In this document: positions 12,877-24,804 of the stretch, piece after piece
Layout of the letters: every line of letters starts with the position of its first letter
Position numbering within the stretch: the stretch's first letter is position 1
Assembly: GCF_001194135.2 (NCBI RefSeq)
Contig: NC_068986.1
Coordinates: 98,679,332-98,737,485, forward strand
Length of the DNA stretch: 58,154 nucleotides
Direction of reading: 5' to 3'
From: Octopus bimaculoides
Taxonomy: Eukaryota
Made by a program: the position numbers and the translations under genes
The notes under the pieces: generated by a model
Told to the model about the DNA's origin: nothing
The model's input: only the letters and a program-made list of their open reading frames with translations
Databases searched by the model: none

Positions 12877-13960
12877 ATCCTCTTTACTATAATCCTTTAC
12901 TACTGTTCTGCCAGCTCACCACCTTAATATTATAATATTAATAATAATAATATGTGTGTCTGTATATATATATGAGTATGTGTGTGTGTGTGTNNNNNNN
13001 NNNNNNNNNNNNNNNNNNNNNNNNNNNNNNNNNNNNNNNNNNNNNNNNNNNNNNNNNNNNNNNNNNNNNNNNNNNNNNNNNNNNNNNNNNNNNNNNNNNN
13101 NNNNNNNNNNNNNNNNNNNNNNNNNNNNNNNNNNNNNNNNNNNNNNNNNNNNNNNNNNNNNNNNNNNNNNNNNNNNNNNNNNNNNNNNNNNNNNNNNNNN
13201 NNNNNNNNNNNNNNNNNNNNNNNNNNNNNNNNNNNNNNNNNNNNNNNNNNNNNNNNNNNNNNNNNNNNNNNNNNNNNNNNNNNNNNNNNNNNNNNNNNNN
13301 NNNNNNNNNNNNNNNNNNNNNNNNNNNNNNNNNNNNNNNNNNNNNNNNNNNNNNNNNNNNNNNNNNNNNNNNNNNNNNNNNNNNNNNNNNNNNNNNNNNN
13401 NNNNNNNNNNNNNNNNNNNNNNNNNNNNNNNNNNNNNNNNNNNNNNNNNNNNNNNNNNNNNNNNNNNNNNNNNNNNNNNNNNNNNNNNNNNNNNNNNNNN
13501 NNNNNNNNNNNNNNNNNNNNNNNNNNNNNNNNNNNNNNNNNNNNNNNNNNNNNNNNNNNNNNNNNNNNNNNNNNNNNNNNNNNNNNNNNNNNNNNNNNNN
13601 NNNNNNNNNNNNNNNNNNNNNNNNNNNNNNNNNNNNNNNNNNNNNNNNNNNNNNNNNNNNNNNNNNNNNNNNNNNNNNNNNNNNGTGTTATGTTTTGTAA
13701 TGTAATACGTATGAAATAACAGGTTTGGACGTGTAGTTTAAAAGTTTTTCTTTTTTCCTTACAAATTATATAGTCCTATGTTCGATCCCAACATACTGCG
13801 TGTCATTTTCAGCAAATTTTGTGTCTTATCTAATAGCCTTGTATTTGCCAATTCCCTGTAAGTGAATATTTATAGTTGTGCAGTAATCCGCCCCCACCCC
13901 GTGTGCGGGTGTAGATATATGTGTGCGCGGGTGTGTACGAGGAAGTGTATATATATATGA

Positions 13961-13996
<36 letters not shown>

Positions 13997-14144
13997 TTAT
14001 CATTGGGTAGCGGTTTAGCAATATATTGCCAAAAAGGAAAACTATAATTGTAATTAAATACGACTGAGGATATTAAAACACCTACAATGCTACAAGTAAG
14101 AGTTAAAGCACTCTGACCCTTCAGTCAACTCACAAAATTGTATA

Positions 14145-14356
14145 CATACATACCGACAGCGACCGTAAGCGGCCGAAAGTGGTAGTCGTGATATCCCTCT
14201 AGCGTCGACGGTTTCGGCTTTAACACCGAAGCCTCTTTAGTAGGATCGGCACAACTCACCAGATTCCGAACATGATCGCCACCAGTATATATGTCTACAC
14301 CATAGAAATCTATGAATGATTTAGCGAATCGCTCGCATGTATACAAATAATTAAAT
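14145..14356 (-). repeat. inverted, partial copy of the ~345-bp HHR-bearing unit
   Basis: Reverse complement aligns by eye to 14411-14617 and 14757-14968. Confidence 0.9.
14195..14246 (-). ncRNA. hammerhead motif copy 1 (core mutated to CUAAAGA)
   Basis: Minus strand CCTA-CTAAAGA-GGCTT(CGGTGTTA)AAGCC-GAAA-CCGTCGACG-CTAGAGG. Confidence 0.55.
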
Positions 14357-14357
14357 A

Positions 14358-14702
14358 GCTTTAGCTCTTATTTCTAGCATAGATGGGGATTCAATGCTAA
14401 ACCACTGCCTAATTTAACTATTTGTATAAACATTAGCGAATCACTGATTCATCCCTATATTTCTAAGGTGTAGACATATATACTGGTGACGATCTTGTCC
14501 GGAGTTTGGCGAGTTGTGCCGACTCTACTGAAGAGACTTTGCTGTTAAAGTCGAAACCGTTGACGGTACAGAGATATCACAACTTTTAGTCGTTTACGAT
14601 CGCTGTCAGTATGTATGATAGAATTATGTGCGCTGACTCCAGCATCAGAGGGATTTAACTCTTATTTCTAGCATTGTAAGTGTTCTAACATTCTCAGTCA
14701 TA
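14358..14702 (+). repeat. direct unit 1 of the HHR-bearing tandem repeat
   Basis: Aligns to 14735-15043; HHR cores are 344 bp apart (14528 vs 14872). Confidence 0.9.
14523..14573 (+). ncRNA. type-I hammerhead ribozyme motif, intact catalytic core
   Basis: CTCTA-CTGAAGA-GACTTT(GCTGTT)AAAGTC-GAAA-CCGT(TG)ACGG-TA^CAGAG: complete CUGANGA/GAAA core, 6-bp helix II, helix III, GUA cleavage triplet, and 4-bp helix I with a mismatched closing pair. Confidence 0.8.
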
Positions 14703-14734
14703 TTTAATGACAATTATAGTTTTCCTTTTTGGTG

Positions 14735-15043
14735 GTTCATTGCTAAACTACTGCATAATTTAATAATTTGTATAGACATTAGTGATTCGCTAAATCATCC
14801 ATAGATTTCTAGTGTGGACATATATACTAGTGGCAGTGTTGTCCGGAATCTGGCGAGTTGTGCCGAACCTACTGAAGAGGCTCCGGTGTTAAATCTGAAA
14901 CCACCGACAGTATAGAGGTATCACGTCTGCCCCTTTCGGCTGTTTATGACCGCTGTCAGTATGTATGAATACAAATATGTTTGTTGGCTGCAGCACTTTA
15001 GCTCTTATTTCTAGCATTTTAGGTGTTCTAACATCCTCAGTAA
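14735..15043 (+). repeat. direct unit 2 of the HHR-bearing tandem repeat
   Basis: Aligns to unit 1; followed by (TA)n and an assembly gap. Confidence 0.9.
14868..14918 (+). ncRNA. hammerhead motif copy 3 (core intact, helices II and III eroded)
   Basis: CCTA-CTGAAGA-GGCTCCGGTGTTAAATCT-GAAA-CCACCGACAG-TA^TAGAGG. Confidence 0.55.
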
Positions 15044-15288
15044 TATGTATATATATATATATATATATATNNNNNNNNNNNNNNNNNNNNNNNNNNNNNN
15101 NNNNNNNNNNNNNNNNNNNNNNNNNNNNNNNNNNNNNNNNNNNNNNNNNNNNNNNNNNNNNNNNNNNNNNNNNNNNNNNNNNNNNNNNNNNNNNNNNNNN
15201 NNNNNNNNNNNNNNNNNNNNNNNNNNNNNNNNNNNNNNNNNNNNNNNNNNNNNNNNNNNNNNNNNNNNNNNNNNNNNNNNNNNNNNNN

Positions 15289-15350
<62 letters not shown>

Positions 15351-15376
15351 TGTGTGTGTGTGTGTTTGTGTCGTTC

Positions 15377-15407
<31 letters not shown>

Positions 15408-17000
15408 TTATGTGAAAAAAATGAGTTAAGTGAAATATCAGGCATTAGCGAGTGGTACGTCTTTGAACAACGATGAATAAGAATGTATGAAATATATAAG
15501 ATAAATTACAAAAAAAATTAATTTATTGAAATCATCTCTGCTTCCAGTGAAGTTCGCCTGATCACGAATTCAAAAGTATGTCATCAGCATCTTTCTCCTT
15601 CTTCATAAAGGACGTAACCTTAAACATCATCATAATCAACTTCATTCTAATGTTTTAAACAGGTGTTTAAAGACCGTGCAAAATGATTTAACGCTACAAC
15701 TAGTTGTGAAAATTCTCTTTTCCATATGCTGGAAACCATCCTTATAACAGATTGTTCCAAAGGAGAAGAAGCATCATTCCACGTATTCCTTTCATCCTTA
15801 AGATATGCTATTTCAGTTCAATCGGTTTTGGTTGTCAGCGACATTGCTAGGGTTGCCGGGGTCTTCATCATGTCCTTGTTTCTCTCATATTTACTTGTTT
15901 CTTGCATGCTCACACGTTAGACTAAACTTACATCTTGCATGAGAAATAACAAACAACAAAACAGGTAAAGGTGTCTATCGTTCAATCCTTTCCAGTGAAA
16001 CATATTTCCCTGAGAACTATAGGTTAATTCAGAATTTTGCAACAACGTATACAAAGTAAAACATAGTAGTATTTTATTAATTTACTAAATTTGAAACATT
16101 AATGAACGTAGTGTCAAAAACTTCTCACTTCATTGAAGACTGAACGAATTCAATTTTAGGCATTTTCCTGTATGCAATATAAATATATATGCGAATATTA
16201 TTAATTACAAATAAAGAACACAACACAAAAATTTACTGTAACTTTAAAGACTTTCACGTATACCGACAAAATGTTTATGCATATATTTGACACCAGGTAA
16301 CACAGGATACCACTGTCCGTTCCGTCTTGCACACACACTCACATACACACACACACGCACACGCACGCGCGTGTGTACACACACATGCACACACACTCAT
16401 ATACACTCACGCACACAAGTGCCTATGAGCCTCTGACTGTATTAAATTGGTAATTTTTGCAATAACATCAAATTTATTGACTTTTCTAATTAATATCACT
16501 GTCTTTGAAATCGAAAAGCTTGCTTCAAATCAATAATGTCTTCAACGGTTAAGCATTAGGAGTGAGTGTATATAATTCCTTTAATCAAAAATTCATTAAC
16601 TCAGATTAGACATAATGAATAGACATAATTGCAATGTTATATAAAATTGGTCATATACTCAAAATGTAAAATAATCTATTCTTATTTTCATCCTATTGAG
16701 AATACTTCCATTTTTGTAATGCTTGTTGTGACTAGTAATTGCCATGAAATTGCAGACTAACTCCAGGATCTTCATAAAAGAAAGAAATCACCATAACAGC
16801 ATTATTTAGTTGTTTGTTTTTTTTTAATTCTGCAAATAATTTTGTGTGCTACTTATTGATGAATTTATCGGTCAAAAGTAAGATTTATTACAAGTTTTTA
16901 TTATCAACTAAATTATATTTGAAGCTGTATTACCATGAAGGACATGTTTATACCTTTATGGAAGAAAGCTAACTTTGAAATCATGTCACACATACACACA

Positions 17001-17072
<72 letters not shown>

Positions 17073-17483
17073 NNNNNNNNNNNNNNNNNNNNNNNNNNNN
17101 NNNNNNNNNNNNNNNNNNNNNNNNNNNNNNNNNNNNNNNNNNNNNNNNNNNNNNNNNNNNNNNNNNNNNNNNNNNNNNNNNNNNNNNNNNNNNNNNNNNN
17201 NNNNNNNNNNNNNNNNNNNNNNNNNNNNNNNNNNNNNNNNNNNNNNNNNNNNNNNNNNNNNNNNNNNNNNNNNNNNNNNNNNNNNNNNNNNNNNNNNNNN
17301 NNNNNNNNNNNNNNNNNNNNNNNNNNNNNNNNNNNNNNNNNNNNNNNNNNNNNNNNNNNNNNNNNNNNNNNNNNNNNNNNNNNNNNNNNNNNNNNNNNNN
17401 NNNNNNNNNNNNNNNNNNNNNNNNNNNNNNNNNNNNNNNNNNNNNNNNNNNNNNNNNNNNNNNNNNNNNNNNNNNNNNNNNNN

Positions 17484-17514
<31 letters not shown>

Positions 17515-17524
17515 GTGTGTGTGC

Positions 17525-17700
17525 GTCTGTAGAGTTTCCACCAACCAACTTTCATTTGCGAACAATTATTGATCAACCCGAGGCTATAGCACAAAACTCC
17601 TTCCCAAAGACCACTACGCAGTAGGATCAAACCATTTCGAAGTAATCTACTTAAGCATACGTCTCTTGTTGAATTCCATTATGTGTGTGGTTAGTCAAAG
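17525..17700 (-). mobile_element. old SINE family A head/body
   Basis: Minus strand GCGTAGTGGTCTTTGGGAAGG...CTATAGCCTCGGGTTGATCAA resembles 50670-50720 and 56615-56670. Confidence 0.55.
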
Positions 17701-18329
17701 CAAAAGAAACACAAGATTGGAAACTATCCTTTTCATGACGATAGCTATAAGCCAAAAGAGATGCAGAATAAAGACATCAACACATCAGTAATTTAATTGG
17801 CTATTGTTAATCGATATCAATATAATAATCCGATTATTTAAAACAAAGAAATATGCAAGGTTTTTGAAACACTTCAAGATCAAAGAATTTGTAATATTTC
17901 TTTGGCGGCAGCACCAACCTAAGCATAGTTATTTTCCGAAAAGTGATTCTTTGATATATTCTTTAGCCACAGTAACACTCTAACATATGATAGTTCAGAA
18001 ATGTTACACTTTAAAGTATATTAGGAATTTTATTTTGATTCAACTGTATTCTTATCGACACCGATATTTTAGATCAAAGCATGTTATTTTCAGTTTGTAT
18101 TCTGATAAATGTGAGAAATGGTTTTACCTAAACTTAACCTAGATGTTATAAATTCATTTATATGGTAAGACTTAAAGAAGCCAGTGAGTTGTCATAATCA
18201 GTAGAGCGTAGAATGATACGAGCAGCAATGTGTTACAGGGATCGATTCAATCGACTTCCATAAACCATAACATACATCAGAATATAATCAGTTGCCTTGT
18301 GCCAATTCTAAGAGACAAAAATTCTGAGA

Positions 18330-18555
18330 CTCAAGGGCGGCCGAATCAGTAAAGCGTTGAAAAGAATCCCTTTCAGAATTAATTTGTGTCTCTGTACGTT
18401 TTGATTTCGAGTCCTGGAAAGTACAACTTTGCCTTTCATCGTTTACCCTTCTGGTGGCGATAATCTAACTACTAATCATGTTCAGTAGTCGATATAGTTG
18501 ACTGAACCCCTCCCCAACAAACTTTTATGATCATGTTTCTAAGTTAGAAATTGAT
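18330..18555 (+). mobile_element. old SINE family B copy
   Basis: AAGGGCGG...GATTTCGAGTCC...ACTTTGCCTTTCATC resembles the head at 12759-12876. Confidence 0.5.
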
Positions 18556-19204
18556 ATGCAAAATTAATACTTCAAAACAAACAAAAAAATCTATAAAAGG
18601 ATTTTGCAGCACTTAAAGATCAAAGCCTTTCTAGTAGTTCTTTGCCGACAGTAGTAACCTAGTCATAGTTGTTTACCAAAGACATATTTCTTGATATATG
18701 CCGCAGATTTTAATACCACATACGTTAGAAGTATAACGGTTATGAGGAAAATTGTAAAAAAAAATTATAGAAACATGCAGTAACTACATAAAGCATAAAC
18801 AGAAAATTTTAAAACAGNNNNNNNNNNATATATATATATATATATATATATATAAAGAGAGAGAGAGAGAGAGAGAAACCGGGCAAACACGCACGCGTAT
18901 TTTTGTATTTTGTGTGTGCATAAAATGTAGAAAGAGAGCAAGTGAGAGTGAATATATGAGACTATATAAAATTATAGAAACATGCAGTAACTACATAAAG
19001 CATAAACAGAAAATTTTAAAACAGCTAAAAATTATTGAAACAGAAAATAGTTCGTGCAAAGAAAAGTATATAAAATCGAAAAATAAAAATATGTAGGGAT
19101 ATAATATGCATATAGACATGCCATGGATATATGTATATATATACAAAAAAAATCAGAAATGAGTTCCAAATTTATAAGGATAGATTAAGTGGTACTGCAG
19201 CCGT

Positions 19205-19560
19205 GAGTATTGTTGTTGTTGTTTAGCCGAAAGCTGGCCTTCATTGAGTAGACCTATGAGGAAATCCTTCCAGATGCGAGGTTCCAGGGTTTTGTTTATT
19301 TTTCTTCAATGTATACTGTAACAGGAAAACATTACTAAATGTGTCCTTTTCATGGCGCTTGATTTGAAGAAATTTGACTGATATTTCTAGCATTTCAATT
19401 CACCATATAGAGGTTCCTTCATTGGTAATATGCAATGATGTTTGCTGTTAATGCTTAACAACCACGACTGAGTTCTGGCTCGACAGACCTACAATCAGAC
19501 GTTCTACTTTAACCAAAATGTCTTTTTATTTCTAAGTACAGTGTGCTTCGTATTATAATC
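19205..19560 (-). mobile_element. interspersed repeat 3' end with (AAC)n tail
   Basis: (TTG)n run at 19211-19225 adjoining a non-microsatellite body typical of LINE/SINE tails; family not determined. Confidence 0.4.
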
Positions 19561-20002
19561 AGACGTGTCCTTGCTTTCTTTTATGACAATAGATATGTCT
19601 GAAGAAATATTTGGCTGTTATTTCGCATGTTTGATAGACCATGGAGTTGTCAGCTCGAAACAATTGTTTTCTTTAATGTTTAATAGTTCCAGGTTAGACC
19701 TGATTATACAAACTTATAATGAAATGCCTCCAACCGTGAATTTCCAGACTAAAATATTTAAAATGTCCTGCTTATGAGGATAATATAAATTGAGGGCACT
19801 GCAATTGATTTTGAGCAGGTCGACTATCTACATAGAACACGAGTCAGGCAACCTTTGAGTACCAGGTATGAATAATATGTGCAACGGTGCACATGTGATA
19901 AGAAAAGTAATGAATCTTTCATTTTTACAAATTCCGTGTAACTTTACATAAGACAGCAAGTTAACAGCGTTGAATAAAATGCTATTGCAGTATTCGTTTG
20001 GG

Positions 20003-20138
20003 TTATGCGAATTCAAATGCTGCGATGACTGTCTTCCATCCACTCACAGCCAATACATTTCCATCCAGGGCAATTACAGAAATGAACGGCATCTGTCCCA
20101 GTTCTTTGTGTTCTCCGTTCAACTTACAATTGACCAGC
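20003..20138 (-). CDS. candidate terminal coding exon (44 aa plus stop), possibly a WD40/beta-propeller C-terminus
   Basis: Minus strand acceptor CCTGCCTCTCCAG|G, then LVNCKLNGEHKELGQMPFISVIALDGNVLAVSGWKTVIAAFEFA*. GC is above background and the antisense shadow frame (ORF 19998-20216) is also open. No other exon of the gene was found. Confidence 0.35.
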
Positions 20139-20364
20139 CTGGAGAGGCAGGTTCACAATCAATATGATAAACCGCCAACGGCATTGTCAGGATTTCTCGA
20201 AAGTGAAAAGAGCTGAATGGAAGCAGGGAATATTCTATTAAATTACTGTTTTGATCTAAAATGTTGTGATTCGTTATTTCAAGTATCCCATACTCAAATG
20301 TTTTTTTCCCATTCCAGAAATTGCAGCCAACGTAAATTTTAACAAAGTTTTATAATAAATGGAG

Positions 20365-20680
20365 CAGGCACAGCCTGGCCAAATGGTTACAAAATTCGTT
20401 TTGAAGTATATGTTTCTAAGTTCGATCCCAATGCGTGGTATCTTGGGCGAATATTTTCTATAGCCTCATATCAAGCCATATTTTGTGATTGTATAGAAGC
20501 TCATCAGCTGGACTCTACGAGTAAATTAAAAGATAGAGCCTTGTCATACATTGTATGGCACTGATTCTGTGTGAACTGCGCGTTAAAAGTACATGTGTCT
20601 ATTATACTCAACTATTCTCGCGTTAATTCAAGGACAGGTAATCGAACAACTGAATCTCTATCGACCGAAGTAAATTCGTT
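20365..20680 (+). mobile_element. old tRNA-SINE copy
   Basis: GGCCAAATGGTTA...AGTTCGATCCC head, with downstream similarity to the body of 52550-52942. Confidence 0.5.
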
Positions 20681-21233
20681 CCCACTATATTATTCTCTTC
20701 AGTTTAGTGCACACGTCCATGAAGCTCATGCAAAACTTCGTGTGATTTCAAGTTATTGCAACGTTAGTACGTAGCAACATAAAATAGTTATATTAAATAT
20801 TTGATACTATATTCCCTGTTCGACAGATGAAAAATATTTGTAATGTCAAAAAGTCATAATTCGTAAATAAAACTTAAACCTTATTATTAACCCCCACAAA
20901 ATGTAACAAGAAGTATTATTTGCATAACATTGAGATATGACAAAATAGGCGTGTATTTTTCTTGTACTTTTTAGAATGTTTAAATTGTTTTACATAATTT
21001 AGAACGAGGATTTGAAGTGTCCTCATTATTTACTGTTTGGAAAATTAAGTTATCATCATTGTTTTGATATGCATTTGTATCATAGAGCAAGGATGATAAC
21101 GTAAATGCATTTGCCCAAAAGGAAAGACAGCATGAACAAAGTGTATCAGTTTCCATCAGATTTATCTTGTGTCCCGAACTCAGGAGTTAGAAATAAATAG
21201 CTTAATGAGATTATCAAGCCTACCGGTTGAACA

Positions 21234-21345
21234 TTGAATTAAGATGTAGTGGGAACAGGTTACTTCAATCATTTTCTTGAGAAACATTTTTGAATTAAGA
21301 TGTAGTGGGAACAGGTTACTTCAATCATTTTCTTGAGAAACATTT
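21234..21345. repeat. perfect 56-bp tandem duplication
   Basis: TTGAATTAAGATGTAGTGGGAACAGGTTACTTCAATCATTTTCTTGAGAAACATTT x2 with no mismatches. Confidence 0.95.
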
Positions 21346-22329
21346 TCTTGAGATTCGATTATGTGTTTTTATGTATGCTAATTTTCTAGCAATAAACTTA
21401 ATCAAGAAATAGTGTTGTTAATGTCGATGGATTCAGTGAAAAATCAATTTGCCTTTCCAGCGTTGAACAACGTGTAGCTTCTAACAATACGCTAAGTGAT
21501 GGTTGCATGTTAAAGTCTCCTAGACCTCCTACAAAGTAATGATGTAACGCTCTTTAAATCACGTTGGAGGTCTTCATCCCACTGTTATATTATTATACTT
21601 TCTTGTTTGTTTTAAATGTAAAGGAATAGTTTTCCATATTATTCAATTGAAATGTTCATTCTTTGTGTGTTTGTTGAGTGATAGTAAGGATTCTATATAG
21701 ATTTAAGGATATTCTATCAACAGAATTCCAAAATTTCTGTTTCAAATTGAGTACCGCGATAAATATTTACAAAGGTTGGAGTACTGAAGAAATCTAATAA
21801 TGAAGAGAAACACTGAATAAAACCTAAAATTGTTGATTTTCTGAAGGTAAATGCAGAAAGGTACCACATGTTGTCAGTATACAAGGGTCACCTATTTTAA
21901 TCATTGGTTTTAGTGTAACGATATCAACTGAAATCGCTGCAATTTTGATAAAGGGAAGTTCCATACAATCTTATTTTATCTGCAATGTGTTTTCAAATTA
22001 GGTTATTACAAATAGGCCTTCCATATAAGCAGTTTTCTATGTAAAACTGCTGACCTAAGTCATTATGAATTTTCTTCCTTATATCTATCATTTGATATCA
22101 ATTCAGTATAATTAGCATTACTAGAATTCTATTTAAGATATATGTATATACACATCTCTCTTTCGTAGCGATAGTGTATTTCATACGAGAGGTCTGAAAG
22201 CCTCTACCACACAGTTTAGTATTTGTAGTAGCAGATGTTTATGCTAAAACACAATATATTAACATATTTGACTACTGCAAGCACTTCCGACTTTACAACT
22301 TGCTTATTTTCTTTCAGTATTATTCAATG

Positions 22330-22800
22330 TGTATGTGAATTGCTATTCATTTTTGGTAGAAGCAGAACCTATTGATGATATAGAGGCGTCTGTTTCAAAA
22401 GTAAGTAGAGAACTAGATGTTGGAACCAATAACTAAACCGCTGCCAAGCGGGTTTTTTGGTTTCTTGCTTCAAGGCATTCAGCTGAGAATTTAAAAATCG
22501 ATATTGTTTTACTTGAAAGAGATGCCACAATTTCAGCAAAAACTTTTTTTCCATTACACAATTAACGTATTGAAATGTAAACCAGGTGTTGGAACAGATA
22601 ACGAAGTTGCTTCAACAGTATTTTTCATTTTCTTAACTGTTTCAAGACATTCAACTAACAATGGAAAATACATATTGTTTTGCTTCAAACAGATGTACTT
22701 CACTTTCCTTCAAACTTTTATTCAGTTTTCAAAAGCAGAAAAGTTTCTCAATGAAATCGTAGTCCTTTGTAATTTCCATGTATATGAAATTCAAGTGCAG
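22330..22800 (-). mobile_element. Gypsy-like LTR retrotransposon pol relic (RT connection / RNase H start)
   Basis: Minus strand VFAEIVASL...FKFSAECLEARNQKTRLAAV*LLVPTSSSLLTFETDASISSIGSA resembles FAEIAAPL...FEWSEECQEAF..LK..L...L.HP.....L.TDAS..GIGA. Confidence 0.55.
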
Positions 22801-22984
22801 ATCATAGTTTTCTGAGGTCTTGCGTGCATTCTCTAAAACTGTCACCGAGGAATGAGGACTCTATTGTATTAAATATACATTTGTTAGAGTCTTGTAAGAA
22901 CCCTGCCACTTGGATTCCTTTGAGGCAATCTTACAAATTTTTAACCATGAACCTTTTACGTTCTCTATATAATTACACTGTGCG

Positions 22985-23021
<37 letters not shown>

Positions 23022-23655
23022 CCTTTAAACTTTGCCTTTATGATTTGGATATAAATGTTTTGAAACTGACCCCCCAATTTCCATTAGACTTTAGACAAAT
23101 TCAGTGCTGAGTTGCTGAAGCAGAAATATCGTTGTAACAAATATTCTGCTCAATACCACAAATTTGCTTGTCAGTTGCTTGACCATAAACACTTGAGCAT
23201 GTCCCTTAGTGGTTGACAATATGTGCATGTCTGATCATGAGAAGAAGTAGTAGGCGAACATCATATCCATGCCCTGAGAGGGATTCTTTGGGGTTTGAAT
23301 AAGTGTAACAAAAGCTAAGTTTGAGGGAAATATTAGTCACTTTTCCTACTTTCTAGGGGCAAGCAAATAGGAAATAGCAGTTTCTACCTAAGGACAGAGA
23401 TCGTGTTACACAGTGGTATAAATATTATTCTCCGGTAATTAGCTACTCCTTTTTATGTCATTAATTTGTCTGTATATTACTCTGCTGAAAATCGTCAGTC
23501 CATTTTTAACAGCAATTAGAATAATGCATTGGTAGCCTCAAAATGTTGTTCTCAAGGAGGAAAAAGTACTTGCTAATGCTTATATGCTGATCATGATCAG
23601 CAATAATGAAACGATGACACCAGATGCGTACTAAATACTTCTCGAGACCATTTTT

Positions 23656-23905
23656 GGATCTCTACAGTTTCGTTCACAGATTTTTTAATTAATTTGTTTA
23701 AACTAAACATTATGAAACTTCGGTTACTGGTGGAATGTCTCACACAGAACACGGTTTACTTGGAACATTTTTGACAAAATTTGGTATTTTAAAAGTTATT
23801 TCGTGTTAAAGTTGTCGTGTGAGACATTCCACCAGTATACGAAGTTTCAAACAGTTTAGCTAAAAAAATTAATTTAAACATCTGTGAATCAACCTGAACA
23901 GATCC
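23656..23905. repeat. imperfect inverted repeat, ~90-bp arms (23656-23745 and 23817-23905), ~71-nt spacer
   Basis: TGAAACTTCGGTTACTGGTGGAATGTCTCACAC pairs with GTGTGAGACATTCCACCAGTATACGAAGTTTCA, and pairing extends outward. Confidence 0.85.
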
Positions 23906-24761
23906 CCATTTTTGATGACTATAAAGCAATAATTACTCTCACACTAATGAACTTGAGGTCTTCTAAAAACCGTTTTCGATTAGACCAACATAACCAAACC
24001 TACATCATTTGGCATTTTTTTTTTATTCGTTAATTCTTAAACGTAATTATATAAAACATTTAAAAGTGAGCCGATACATCAAGAAATGAACGGTTAGAGT
24101 TTTCTCCAGCAGTCGGCTTCAAAATTGGAAACGAGCGTGAATTCTACGTTGTTGGAGCGGGCCCCCACTGCTTAGGTAGAAGGTCCCTCGTTGTTTCAAG
24201 ATGAAAGTATGGTATCTCTGTTTGTATTGTGAATGAATTATTGTTACATATCATTGTTATGATGACGAGTTCAAATCAGTTGTTAACATAAGTAGAAAAG
24301 AATGTATATATGGACATGTCTGCATATGTATGTATATATATATATTATCTAAAAGAGTCCCAAATCTGTCTGTTTTTTTATGCTTTATTTATATTCTTAT
24401 AAAATTAATGTGGGATATAGAATATGGAATATATAATATAAATAGTAAAATGAAATGAAGTATTGAATGTATTGTTGAATATATGAAACATTGAGTATTA
24501 AATATATATAGGGGCTAGTATATTTTCCTGCTTCATAGCATTCATCAATGTCCCGTCTGACATATATATATATATATATANNNNNNNNNNNNNNNNNNNN
24601 NNNNNNNNNNNNNNNNNNNNNNNNNNNNNNNNNNNNNNNNNNNNNNNNNNNNNNNNNNNNNNNNNNNNNNNNNNNNNNNNNNNNNNNNNNNNNNNNNNNN
24701 NNNNNNNNNNNNNNNNNNNNNNNNNNNNNNNNNNNNNNNNNNNNNNNNNNNNNNNNNNNNN

Positions 24762-24804
<43 letters not shown>

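Noticed and set aside
14125-14346. 73-aa ORF across inverted HHR unit 1
   Set aside because: The same frame has TAA and TAG stops in unit 2 and a frameshift in unit 3, so the unit is non-coding.
15540-15950. Moderate-complexity segment resembling a transposase or exon
   Set aside because: No recognisable motif or consistent reading frame on either strand.
18761-19024. 57-bp exact duplication across a 10-N gap
   Set aside because: Adjacent to a nominal 10-N gap; most likely contig overlap or a second haplotype.
19998-20216. Plus-strand 72-aa ORF (GYANSNAAMTVFHP...)
   Set aside because: Poor acceptor context; better explained as the antisense shadow of the minus-strand candidate exon.
21234-21345. 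CRISPR-like array or other prokaryotic system
   Set aside because: Eukaryotic repeat landscape; no regularly spaced repeats with unique spacers anywhere in the window.
22348-22388. Plus-strand mini-exon (AEPIDDIEASVSK) with AG and GTAAGT
   Set aside because: It is the antisense of the Gypsy TDAS motif region.
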